DNA of 64,000 nt. Source: an uncultured Thermodesulfobacteriota bacterium (GTDB lineage Bacteria > Desulfobacterota > WTBG01 > CAIYCZ01 > CAIRTM01). This document shows positions 1 through 9,283 of the stretch, in pieces (positions within the stretch are counted from its first letter, which is position 1; every line of letters starts with the position of its first letter). The position numbers and the translations under genes were made by a program. The stretch is from positions 153-64,152 of the forward strand of contig CAZFIB010000010.1 of the NCBI GenBank assembly GCA_964518865.1, written 5' to 3'. The notes under the pieces were generated by a model that saw only the letters and a program-made list of their open reading frames with translations, did not search any database and had not been told where the DNA came from.

Positions 1-258
1 TTCATAAGGGCCGGCATAGGGCACTGAAAAACCGGCTACCGGCAGGCTGAGGCGCTTCGTGTGCGGGCTGAAGCCGACTACCTGGGTGAAGAGATACTCA
101 TTCACACCGATGACGCCCCCGTCGACCCGGTGAATCTTTGAAATATCTTTTTTGCGTTCAAGAAGTGCCACCTTGAGACCGTTTTCGCCTGCTGTTTTGG
201 CTGCCATGAGACCCGCAGGACCTGCACCGACAACGATTACATCGTAAGCAGTTGACAT
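1..258 (-). CDS. FAD-dependent oxidoreductase (geranylgeranyl reductase / FixC-like), N-terminal 86 aa only; the gene runs off the left edge
   Basis: My reverse-strand translation is [37 protein letters not shown]..., a classic GxGxxG dinucleotide-binding fold followed by an acidic residue. The ATG is at 258-256. The ORF is absent from the ORF track because it is truncated by the window edge. Confidence 0.7.
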   Translation of the reverse strand, partial: MSTAYDVIVVGAGPAGLMAAKTAGENGLKVALLERKKDISKIHRVDGGVIGVNEYLFTQVVGFSPHTKRLSLPVAGFSVPYAGPYE

Positions 259-399
259 GCATTCAGTCCTTTCGCAAAATAGTTGAAAATGACTCTGAAT
301 ATTACTACAGTAGTGTGCTGTCAAAAACAGTGGTAACAGCTAACCTAGCAGAATATGAAAAAAATCAAAATAAGTTATTGTCCGCGGAGAAAATAGCGT

Positions 400-1173
400 A
401 TGGCTGAAATTGTGATCGATGATATAGCGTATCATTACCGCATCTCAAAACGGGCGCCTGCAGACGGCCCGGTCGCGATATGCGTACACGGGTCCGGCGG
501 CGACGGTGTTGTGTGGAGTTATCAGCTCAGTCGTCTGAGCAAAGAGTACCGGATACTGATTCCCGATCTGCCTGGGCACGGCCGTTCCGGTGGAGATTTG
601 AGGTATACCGTTGACGGATACGCCTGCTGGCTTAACCGGTTTGCAGCGGTCCTCGATCTCGATTCGTTTGTGTTGATAGGGCATTCTCTCGGCGGTGCCG
701 TAGTGCAGCAGTATGCCTGTCTGCATCCCGCAAAGGTCAAGGGGCTTGTGCTTGCCGCTACCGGCAGGCGTTTTGTTCTTTCACGGAACTATGTTGCCGC
801 GCTGGGCCTTGAGCGCGAGGGAGGTGAAATCGAACCGGAGGTTATAATGCAGGCTGAAAAATTGCTTTCCAATCTGTACGGAAGCGATTTTGAGGCTCTG
901 GCGAAAAACGGTCTGGAGGTGCTGCATGCAGATATCGTCGCGGCAGGCAGGTTCGACGGTACCGGCCTGGCTGATACGATTACCATGCCATCACTTGTTA
1001 TTGCCGGAAGCCGTGATGTGATCATGCCGCCGGAGCGCTCGCGGGAACTCGCGGATTATTTGCCGGACAGCAGGTTTGTCCTGATCGAAGGGGCAGGGCA
1101 TACGGTTATGCTTGACGACAAAAAAGAGTTCAATGCAGCGGTAAAGGACTTTATGGACACTGTGTATCGATGA
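400..1173 (+). CDS. alpha/beta-fold hydrolase
   Basis: HGSGG oxyanion region, nucleophile elbow GHSLGG, C-terminal GAGH motif. GGAGAA lies upstream of the ATG. Confidence 0.85.
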   Translation: MAEIVIDDIAYHYRISKRAPADGPVAICVHGSGGDGVVWSYQLSRLSKEYRILIPDLPGHGRSGGDLRYTVDGYACWLNRFAAVLDLDSFVLIGHSLGGAVVQQYACLHPAKVKGLVLAATGRRFVLSRNYVAALGLEREGGEIEPEVIMQAEKLLSNLYGSDFEALAKNGLEVLHADIVAAGRFDGTGLADTITMPSLVIAGSRDVIMPPERSRELADYLPDSRFVLIEGAGHTVMLDDKKEFNAAVKDFMDTVYR

Positions 1174-1838
1174 AAAAAAAACCTTCTGAATTCGAACTGC
1201 TTCAGCCCCTGTTCCCGGATTGTGTTGCGACGTGCTGCGGACGCATAGAGCTGTTCGATGAGGATTTGCTCCCAGAGGAAGAGCCTTGTGTCGCAAGAGC
1301 GGTCGAAAAGCGCAGACGTGAGTTTGCGGCGGGAAGGACCTGCGCACGCAGGGCACTGCGAGGACTGGGACATGACAGATGTCCCCTGCCGCGCGGTGAG
1401 CACGGGGTAACGCTGTGGCCCCCCGGTATTGCAGGCTCCATCTCACACAGCGATACGTGGTGCGGCGCGGCCGCTGCCCTGAAAGACGAAATCGCCGGAA
1501 TAGGTCTGGATATCGAAACAGTCAGGCGGGTGACGCTCTCGATATCAAAACGCGTTCTGACCGCCGAGGAAGCGGGGATGCTCCGGCATTTATCGGAGGA
1601 GGACGCCCGCAGGCGTCTGGCACTGGTATTCAGCGCCAAGGAAGCTATTTACAAATGCCTGTTCCAGATAATCGGCGAGCGCATCGGTTTTCACGATGCA
1701 CTTGTTGTACCCCAAAATGATAATTTCAGCCTGAAGATCAAGATGGTCGAGCGCATTGCATCGCGCATCCCGCATCTGCAGGGCAGCTATTTTGAGCATG
1801 ACGGGAATGTGTTTACGGCAATAGTCATGTCCGGATAA
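1170..1838 (+). CDS. 4'-phosphopantetheinyl transferase (Sfp/EntD type)
   Basis: GIDIE and FSAKEAIYK motifs typical of PPTases. The start overlaps the upstream stop (ATGA), which suggests translational coupling. Confidence 0.8.
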   Translation: MKKKPSEFELLQPLFPDCVATCCGRIELFDEDLLPEEEPCVARAVEKRRREFAAGRTCARRALRGLGHDRCPLPRGEHGVTLWPPGIAGSISHSDTWCGAAAALKDEIAGIGLDIETVRRVTLSISKRVLTAEEAGMLRHLSEEDARRRLALVFSAKEAIYKCLFQIIGERIGFHDALVVPQNDNFSLKIKMVERIASRIPHLQGSYFEHDGNVFTAIVMSG

Positions 1839-1976
1839 TGTATCAAAAAATAACGTCAGCAGGAAGTTCGGTAATCCGCTGATGGTATAAAGACTCCAAC
1901 ACCTTGCTCATGCCAATACTTCGGGTATGTAAAGAATTTCTTGTATTGACGCTGATTTTGTATTACTACATATAGT

Positions 1977-2933
1977 ATGAGAAAACACAAAAAACGCAAT
2001 GTCTGTATCGTTATCAGCTCGGTGATTCTGTATGGCATTCTTTATGTTTTTATAAATATAACCGCCGGTAAGGGGGAGCCGACAGTCAGCTTTGTGCCTG
2101 TCATGATAACTGCGCTGCTCTACGGCTTTCGGGCAGGGATTGCAGCAGGCATACTGATTATTCCGGTTGATTTTATAATTGGCTTTATGCTCGGCACGGA
2201 TATCGTCGGGCAGATGCTGGGCGGCGGCGGTCTTGCGGGTATGGTTGCGGTAATATGTATCGGTGCCATAGTCGGTAAAATGCGGGATTTGAGCATCGCG
2301 CTGCGAAAAAGCGAGGAAAGTTTTCGTGCAATAGCAGAATCGACCCCTGACGCCGTTGTAACGGTCGATGAAGAAAACAGCATTATCTACTGGAATAAAA
2401 GCGCGGAATCAATGTTCGGGTACACGACTGATGAAGTTACCGGAAAAAATGCCACGATACTGCTGCCGGCACGCTATCGGCAGGACTCCGAAGCTTCATT
2501 CGCCGTGACTTCGCAAAGCGGCCGTAAGCTGACCCGGAACAGATATGAGGCTGTCGGTCTTAAAAAAAGCGGTGACGAGTTCCAGGTAGAACATTCAATG
2601 TCAACATGGACGGCAGGTGACCGGTTTTATATTACCAGCATTATCCGCGACATCACCGACCGTAAAAAGGCCGAGCAGGAAAAAGAAACCCTGATCAGTG
2701 ATCTGCAGAGTGCGCTTGCAAAGGTTAAAAAACTCAGCGGACTTTTGCCGATCTGTGCCTGCTGTAAAAAAATACGAGATGACCGGGGGTACTGGAACCA
2801 GATAGAGAATTACATTCATGAACATTCCGAGGCCGACTTCAGCCACAGCATATGTCCTGAGTGCTTTAAAAAACAGTACCCGGGAGAATGGGAAAAGATC
2901 AACAGGGAGCTGAACGGAACCCGACCCGAATAA
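1977..2933 (+). CDS. membrane-anchored PAS sensor with a C-terminal four-Cys (CxxC...CxxC) module and no kinase or cyclase output
   Basis: Hydrophobic N-terminus of about 100 aa. PAS-like core (FRAIAESTPDAVVTVDEENSIIYWNKSAESMFGY...). Coiled linker, then LLPICACCKKIRDDRGYWNQIENYIHEHSEADFSHSICPECF. Confidence 0.8.
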   Translation: MRKHKKRNVCIVISSVILYGILYVFINITAGKGEPTVSFVPVMITALLYGFRAGIAAGILIIPVDFIIGFMLGTDIVGQMLGGGGLAGMVAVICIGAIVGKMRDLSIALRKSEESFRAIAESTPDAVVTVDEENSIIYWNKSAESMFGYTTDEVTGKNATILLPARYRQDSEASFAVTSQSGRKLTRNRYEAVGLKKSGDEFQVEHSMSTWTAGDRFYITSIIRDITDRKKAEQEKETLISDLQSALAKVKKLSGLLPICACCKKIRDDRGYWNQIENYIHEHSEADFSHSICPECFKKQYPGEWEKINRELNGTRPE

Positions 2934-3020
2934 CGGTGAGATGGTATGTATCCCCACAGTTAGGCAGCATGATGTTGTAGCGGCTCCCGCTGCTACCGGT
3001 TGCCTCTACTGCGTGTATCG

Positions 3021-4091
3021 TCAATGTCTGCCGCGTTCACCGTGTATGCCGTCCTCCCGCCGGTACCTGCCGACCAGAGCTGCAATATCCTCTTTTAAGG
3101 CGTTATCCCGTCGAATACCGAACACGTAGGCGAGAAGACCTTTCGTCACGACAAACAGCACGGAGAAAATCGCCAGGGGAAAGACAAGGCAGTCGAACAG
3201 GTAGCCGGCAAACAGCTTGATCGTCCAGAGCGCCATATTCTGCATCCTGCTTTTCAGCCAGGCAATGGTCTCGTCAAACGCCTGCCGGAAGTGCTCCATC
3301 TGCCGTGAAACATTCATTTTGTCCCAGAATCCTCTCTCTGTATCGGTCGTATCGTCAAAGGATGACAGTCGTTTTGTGATTGCTTCCGAGGACAGGTCAT
3401 TCTCAACGGATTCGTATCCCAGGGTCGCTTCGGCAATCAGCGGGGCTGAAATACGGGAGGAGAGAAACGATGCTGCCAGTACAGTCAGGGGCAGGACAAG
3501 ATACAGCACGGCAGTCGCGACGATACAGAGTGAAAAAACATGTTTGGATATAAGATTACAGGACCGCAGGCGGGGAGCACAACAGCTCAACATGTGACAG
3601 ATGAAAAAAGCAGAAAGTGCAGCTGCAAGGAACCACTGGTCGATCTGTGCGACGGTGTCGAGCAGCAGACCGGTGAGCAGCAGAACAGCGCCCCCTGCCA
3701 GGGATGTTTTCCAGGCTATGTCCACGTAGTCGTACATGGACTGTACAACATCGCCGTATTGCAGCTCGACGGATCCCTGTGCGCCGAGGCTGAAGCCGAT
3801 TCTGCTTTCGGATCCCTCCACTATGGCAAGGCCGGCTTTGATCGTGGAGAGTACAAGGAACCCTTTAACTGATTTGTCGAACGATTTTTCAAGATAGGCT
3901 GCATTGACAGCATGCACCCTGCCCATAATGGCCGTATCGAGCACATTGTCCACGATGCCGAAGACGGCGGCGATCGGCAGGATAAGGAGAATGCCCGCAA
4001 CAACAGTATTTTTGACGGTTTTTTTCATAGTATACGTTCGGAAGATTTTCAGTGCGGAACTTGTTGCTGTGTTGCAGATAAACATTTTCAC
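3021..4091 (-). CDS. polytopic membrane protein, function unknown
   Basis: Long ORF with several hydrophobic segments. The start is ambiguous: GTG 4091 overlaps the upstream stop, ATG 4085 is possible, and ATG 4028 gives MKKTVKNTVVAGILLIL. Confidence 0.6.
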   Translation of the reverse strand: MKMFICNTATSSALKIFRTYTMKKTVKNTVVAGILLILPIAAVFGIVDNVLDTAIMGRVHAVNAAYLEKSFDKSVKGFLVLSTIKAGLAIVEGSESRIGFSLGAQGSVELQYGDVVQSMYDYVDIAWKTSLAGGAVLLLTGLLLDTVAQIDQWFLAAALSAFFICHMLSCCAPRLRSCNLISKHVFSLCIVATAVLYLVLPLTVLAASFLSSRISAPLIAEATLGYESVENDLSSEAITKRLSSFDDTTDTERGFWDKMNVSRQMEHFRQAFDETIAWLKSRMQNMALWTIKLFAGYLFDCLVFPLAIFSVLFVVTKGLLAYVFGIRRDNALKEDIAALVGRYRREDGIHGERGRH

Positions 4092-4426
4092 AGGTGGGTA
4101 TGCGCCTCACCTGTTTCGAATCGCCGTTGTCGTATCCTCTGCTGCACACGATTTCCGTATCGGATGCCGAGCGGCAGAAGTATCGAATACGGAATCCAGA
4201 GATAATATCGGTACGGATCGGGAAGAACAAACATCAAAACCAGAAACACTATAACGGCTATCCAGCAAACAGCCGCGGCTTTTATCATGAAAGAGCGCTC
4301 CGGCCCGCTTTTCGTGTTCCTGATACTGATGCAGGTTCCGGCAATACCCCCGATGAGTCCGATGATTCCTCCTGCAATACCTCCAACCAGTCCGGCATTC
4401 ATCATATTAATCACCGTTGTGTGCAC
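4088..4426 (-). CDS. small membrane protein (about 3 TM, Gly-rich first helix), function unknown
   Basis: Hydrophobic segments GLVGGIAGGIIGLIGGIAG and AAAVCWIAVIVFLVLMFVL. Co-directional with, and abutting, the next ORF. Confidence 0.55.
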   Translation of the reverse strand: MHTTVINMMNAGLVGGIAGGIIGLIGGIAGTCISIRNTKSGPERSFMIKAAAVCWIAVIVFLVLMFVLPDPYRYYLWIPYSILLPLGIRYGNRVQQRIRQRRFETGEAHTHL

Positions 4427-4659
4427 GGCGCCACTGTATTGGGGAACAGGGGCATATCGTATTTATACTTAATCTCATGCGTTACAAAACAAAGACAGAT
4501 ATCTGCATGTTCATGCCTTTTGTAGCATTATGCCGTTGTCTCGTCAAAACTGTTACGTATTCACTGTTTTGCGTATTATGGTATCGAATCTCAGGTTCCA
4601 TTGCCGGGAACCCGATGCAGACCCAGAAAAGGCATCGCTGAAAACTGAAGGGCTGACAG

Positions 4660-7600
4660 CTATTTTACAGAGAACCATGCCTCTATATACTCATCATATG
4701 GATTTGTTCTATCCCCGGCGGTTTTTATGGAAAGCAGCCATTGACCGGTGGTACAGTCTCGAGCTATGACAATCGGAATAAAAACCGACATTCCCAGCTT
4801 GAATTGCGGTACAAAACGGCTTTTCTGAATGCCGTGCGCGCTTTCGTTCGGTCCGATGATCGACACCTGGCTTGAGCTGTTGAAGAGAGAGTGGCTTGCA
4901 CACGTCAATACAAGTATTTTAAATTTCTTGTTGAACAGCAACGGACGCGTGATCGCGTCTGCTGAGCATACGGCCGAAATCCTTTTTACATCCCAGCATG
5001 TATCGAGATCTTCGTTACAGATGCACGGTGACTCACAGGGATTATCCGCGTGAATGCATTTTCCCTGATAGCAGCGTTCGGCACCGTTGCAGAACAGATC
5101 ATCGTCGCAGTCCGCATCTACGGAACACTCAGGTAAAGGAAGAGGCGGCGGCTGTACCGTGACGGTGGTTGTCGTCGACGGACTGGTCGTTGTGCTCAAC
5201 GGCAAAGGGGGCGGCTGCACGGGAACAGATGTTGTCGTGGTAGATGACTTTCCGCCTCGACCCCCTCCTGCGACGGCAGCAGTTGAAGTAGTGGAGGTGG
5301 AGGATAATACGGGTTCTGAGAAACACGCATCACCACACAACGGGTTTGAGGTGTACGGCGGTTCAGGGCAGTTGCGGTCTGTATCGCACTGGTCGGCGTT
5401 TGACACCCCCCGGCAGTTGTCACAGGCATCGCCGGCGCCGTCATCGTCCGTGTCTTCCTGACCGGGATTTGCGTGCATCGGGCAGTTATCGAAATAATCA
5501 AGAATAGCGTCGCCGTCAGTGTCCGTTGAACAGGAATATTCGCAAACAGGCTGACCGCACCCGCCGCAGCCGGGTTCAGGGTCGCAGACATCGCCTATGC
5601 CGTCACCGTCGGCATCACGCTGTTCTATATTGCAGACGTCCGGACAGCTGTCCGTATCGTCAGGTATGGTGTCGTTGTCGGTATCGATAAAATATACTAT
5701 GGCGCCGTCGCTTTCCCAGGCCATTTCATCCACAGCCGTAATTTTATACACAAGCTCACCCGGCGCTGCAGGAGGATCGGTGTCGGTGTAATAAGTAATG
5801 TAATGCGGCACTTCGGCTATTTTGGTATAGCGGTCTTCAGGATCTTTCCGGTAAATGTAGCAGAATTCACGATTGACATCCCCTGATTGGTCCCAGGAAA
5901 GGGTAACTGAATTATCCTCCCAGTCCGGTGAAAGTGCAGTGCCCGACGGCGGTTCGACTATCGGATACGTCGATTGCCTGAGAACGACATCATCGATGAT
6001 TCCCTCTATGTATTCATAGGCAAGCCCGGCGACGGAAGACTCGTTTCCCGCATCCCGTATAGTGCACCGGAGCGTTATTTCAGTATTGCCATAAGGATTG
6101 TTAAACTCAATCAGGCAGCGTCTGAAATAACCGTAGGAACTGCACTCCTGCTGCTTCAGGACAACGCCCTGGCCGTTTATAAGGCTCCACACAAGCTGTG
6201 CGTTGACACCGGCTTTCAGTCGGGTCCATGCCGAGAAGCGAAGGGTTTCATTGCCGGAAAAAGGGCCGACGGTCTGTTCCACACCTGCTGATGACCCCGG
6301 TGTCGATGATCGTAACAGCAAAGAGCGTTTGCCGCTTCGGTGAAGCGGTCCGCCGGTTTTTGAGATCAAGCAGCCATTATACGATGCCCAGGCGGCAGTA
6401 CCGGCTGCTTCCATGGTGCCGTCAAGCACCGTGTTTCCCGGAACCGGCGGCTGTGGCTGATTGTCTATGAAAAGTGTTATTTCCGAAACGCAGCGCCGGT
6501 CAAGGGTGTCGTAGGCAACTACCTGAAAGGTATTTTGCCCGTTTTCAAACCGGGTCGTGTCAAGCTTCAGCCGGTAGGGGGCTTCCAGGTCGGCATCGTC
6601 AACCTGTACGAGGCCGTTGTCGGCATGCTGAAGCTCGACTTTCATAATACGCACTTCAGGATGACCCGGCCCAAGGTCCACCGGCGTTGCAGCATAGCCG
6701 GCATCAACCTCCAGAAACACAACCCCTGAAACTTCATCACGGTTCGCGGGCGTTGTAATATAACAGTAAAGATTGTTGCTGTAATGTACAACCAAAGCGA
6801 CAGACCGGGTAAAACGAAACGTTGTTCCAGTATCATTTATAATATCAATCGTCGCAGCTATGTCGACCGATCCAGGCATTCCGCTGTTTTCCGTACCGCT
6901 GAGCGTGTAGGTGTATATGTAACGGTCAGCGTCCTGGTGGTCGAATGCAGCATCGATGCCGTCAACGGTTACGGTAACATTTTCTGGTGCCGGCGGGGGA
7001 AACCCGCTTTTGTTTATACAGGTGACAGTCAGCGTATCCCCGGCTGCGGCACATTTTTGTGAAAGCTCCAGTCCGATCGATTCCTGCAGCCGTATGCGTT
7101 GCAGATACGTACCGTACTGGCTTACCTCATGCCAGGTCCTTGATCGGGCATAATAAATAGATTCACCGTTGCTTCCCAGCAGCGACTCATGCATGAAAAA
7201 ATTATAGGAGCTGGCAAGCTGCCTGATGGGGAACATGCCGGGATACTGGATATTGGTGTAGGGCCCCCAGAAATACTTTGACGCCCATATGCTCAAGCTG
7301 AAATCACTGAAGGCATTAACCGCAATCCACCTGTTCATGTAAGGGTTCCAGATCACCGAATTGACGATTTCAGGATACCATTCACCAAAATCAACACCCG
7401 GCATGCCTTCCTGAGATATCTGTCCCCGGGAAATACCATCTTTCGACCACTGAGCAGTGCCGTTTGCATCCGTGCTGATCAGGTACTGCCAGTCATCAAG
7501 CGAGCAGCAGTCAAGTTCATTCGTTCTGCAGCGCAGCAAGACGGGCGTCCTGCCGACACGCGGAATCATCATATACAGGTGATCTTTGAAAAGCCGCATG

Positions 7601-8628
7601 CTGTAGCCGAGAAACGGGTCAGGAAGAATGCCGCCGTTTGCTTTCTCCCAGAGGATCAGGCCGTCTTCCCGAACAGCACTGGTTTTAAGTCCGTCGTCGG
7701 AATAGGCAATACCTATTCTATGATAGTCCCGATACGAAGGAATATCGGAATCTCCGGCCCCGTAATCATAATAGACAAACCAAAGCCGGCTGCCCTCTCC
7801 CGAAGGGACAACCGCACCACCCGTACAGTTGGTGCGAACACTGCCGGGGGCCTTTGCGATAATGGATTTTACGGTTCCGGTAGCGTTATCGCACAGCCAG
7901 TTGCGGCGGTGATCGATTGAAAGCCCCTTCTCAGGCACGACCGTATCGGTAAAAGCCAGCGCCCCATTGAGGAAATAAGATGTTGACGGTGCAATGTAAA
8001 TATTTGGATCGCCGAAAATGAAATGAAGTCGGCCGTTGCCGTAAAACATGCTGGGATTGTCACAGCCCCAGACCTCAGGGCTGTCAAGAATATTGTTTGG
8101 TTCAGGGCTGTTTTTAAAAGCGGTTCTTCCATCGCGGGCGAGTTTGCCCAAGAATTCCTCCCGGGCATCTTTATAACTCAATCGGGCAATAGCAGGCATT
8201 TCAAGATAGATATAGTATCTGTTTGTGACGGCCGTTCCCTCACAGTCCGAGATCTCGGCCCAGAATTCATAGAGGCCTTGCTCGAGGTATTCACCCGGAG
8301 CGCAGTACACCCACTCGGCATACCTCAGTGGAGTCCGGCAGACAGTCTGGTTGTCCGCGTCCTGAACGAACCACGTAAACTCCAGGGTTTCCGGGCAGGT
8401 GCTGTTGTCAGACCATTCCCAGGCTGTTTCCACCTGCTGCCGCCAGGGGAAAATGGTAGGATAGTCCGGGTCGGTCGACAGCGGGGTTGAATCTTCCAGA
8501 AGCGGTTCAGTAATAATCACCGGCTGTGCATGAGAAAACGCTGAAACGAATACCAGCTGCAAAAAAACACAGCTGAGCGCCGCTATCAGGAAGCGGTAAT
8601 GGTTTTTTGATACCTTGACTGCGAGCAT
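4660..8628 (-). CDS. 1322-aa secreted multidomain protein: N-terminal beta-propeller/glycosidase-like region, Ig-like and CBM-like regions, FN3-like region, thrombospondin type-3 (Ca-binding) repeats, S/T/P-rich linker, Cys-rich module, unknown C-terminal domain
   Basis: Signal-peptide-like N-terminus ending SHAQP. Repeated DxDxDGxxDxxDxC motifs (DTDGDAILDYFDNCP, DTDDDGAGDACDNC, DADGDGIGDVCD). Linker TTTSVPVQPPPLPLSTTTSPSTTTTVTVQPPPLPL. The FN3-like and CBM-like assignments are by pattern only. Confidence 0.85.
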   Translation of the reverse strand: MLAVKVSKNHYRFLIAALSCVFLQLVFVSAFSHAQPVIITEPLLEDSTPLSTDPDYPTIFPWRQQVETAWEWSDNSTCPETLEFTWFVQDADNQTVCRTPLRYAEWVYCAPGEYLEQGLYEFWAEISDCEGTAVTNRYYIYLEMPAIARLSYKDAREEFLGKLARDGRTAFKNSPEPNNILDSPEVWGCDNPSMFYGNGRLHFIFGDPNIYIAPSTSYFLNGALAFTDTVVPEKGLSIDHRRNWLCDNATGTVKSIIAKAPGSVRTNCTGGAVVPSGEGSRLWFVYYDYGAGDSDIPSYRDYHRIGIAYSDDGLKTSAVREDGLILWEKANGGILPDPFLGYSMRLFKDHLYMMIPRVGRTPVLLRCRTNELDCCSLDDWQYLISTDANGTAQWSKDGISRGQISQEGMPGVDFGEWYPEIVNSVIWNPYMNRWIAVNAFSDFSLSIWASKYFWGPYTNIQYPGMFPIRQLASSYNFFMHESLLGSNGESIYYARSRTWHEVSQYGTYLQRIRLQESIGLELSQKCAAAGDTLTVTCINKSGFPPPAPENVTVTVDGIDAAFDHQDADRYIYTYTLSGTENSGMPGSVDIAATIDIINDTGTTFRFTRSVALVVHYSNNLYCYITTPANRDEVSGVVFLEVDAGYAATPVDLGPGHPEVRIMKVELQHADNGLVQVDDADLEAPYRLKLDTTRFENGQNTFQVVAYDTLDRRCVSEITLFIDNQPQPPVPGNTVLDGTMEAAGTAAWASYNGCLISKTGGPLHRSGKRSLLLRSSTPGSSAGVEQTVGPFSGNETLRFSAWTRLKAGVNAQLVWSLINGQGVVLKQQECSSYGYFRRCLIEFNNPYGNTEITLRCTIRDAGNESSVAGLAYEYIEGIIDDVVLRQSTYPIVEPPSGTALSPDWEDNSVTLSWDQSGDVNREFCYIYRKDPEDRYTKIAEVPHYITYYTDTDPPAAPGELVYKITAVDEMAWESDGAIVYFIDTDNDTIPDDTDSCPDVCNIEQRDADGDGIGDVCDPEPGCGGCGQPVCEYSCSTDTDGDAILDYFDNCPMHANPGQEDTDDDGAGDACDNCRGVSNADQCDTDRNCPEPPYTSNPLCGDACFSEPVLSSTSTTSTAAVAGGGRGGKSSTTTTSVPVQPPPLPLSTTTSPSTTTTVTVQPPPLPLPECSVDADCDDDLFCNGAERCYQGKCIHADNPCESPCICNEDLDTCWDVKRISAVCSADAITRPLLFNKKFKILVLTCASHSLFNSSSQVSIIGPNESAHGIQKSRFVPQFKLGMSVFIPIVIARDCTTGQWLLSIKTAGDRTNPYDEYIEAWFSVK

Positions 8629-9038
8629 ATGAAATAAGTCGAAAAAAGTTCAGCACAGCATCGAATATGACAGTAGCTTCAAAGACACAAAAAATATATA
8701 ATATAATAATAAAATATTATAAAAGTATGTGCCAGATAAAATTTTAATATGCAGTGCTTAATTAAAGGGTAACAAACCTCCGAAGAAAAGGTAGCACGGT
8801 AGCACCATTGATTTTAAAACGTGATTACCTAAAAGTGAAGTCAACTTGCTCATATGCACAATAACGGCAGAGCGTACTCGTACACGGCTTATATACGCTT
8901 AGAGTGAAGTGTCAGGCCAGGGAATTATTTCTTCAATCGGCAGTATTTTTTACCGTACCGAATGGTAAGAACGGATATTCTTTTTTTTTGCTGCACATAC
9001 ACCAGAATTCATTACAAGCTCAGTTTGGGGCCTGAAAA

Positions 9039-9076
9039 CAGCCTTTTAAGGCCATAGCAGAGGCTGGTTTTTTTTT
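9039..9076 (+). terminator. orphan intrinsic-terminator-like hairpin plus T9 inside an AT-rich intergenic region
   Basis: CAGCCT (9039-9044) pairs with AGGCTG (9061-9066) and is followed by nine T (9068-9076). No plus-strand gene lies upstream. Confidence 0.35.
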
Positions 9077-9283
9077 AAAGATATTACAATGGATTATCCA
9101 GGCCCGACCCCGTATTCGTTTTAAAGATTCAAATAATAAAGATTATGCAGCATACTTATGTCTTGTGTAGACACAATCTGAAAAATGGTTTTAAAATGAT
9201 AATCTTTAATCAGTCTACTCTAAAAAGGATAGATTACGGTAATCTGAAATATACAATAATCAACACCTCGCAGGCAGTGGTAA

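Noticed and set aside
1170-1181. A9 homopolymer immediately after the PPTase start codon, considered as a possible slipped-strand phase-variation site
   Set aside because: It encodes a plausible MKKK N-terminus. A single short A-run, without evidence of length variation, is insufficient.
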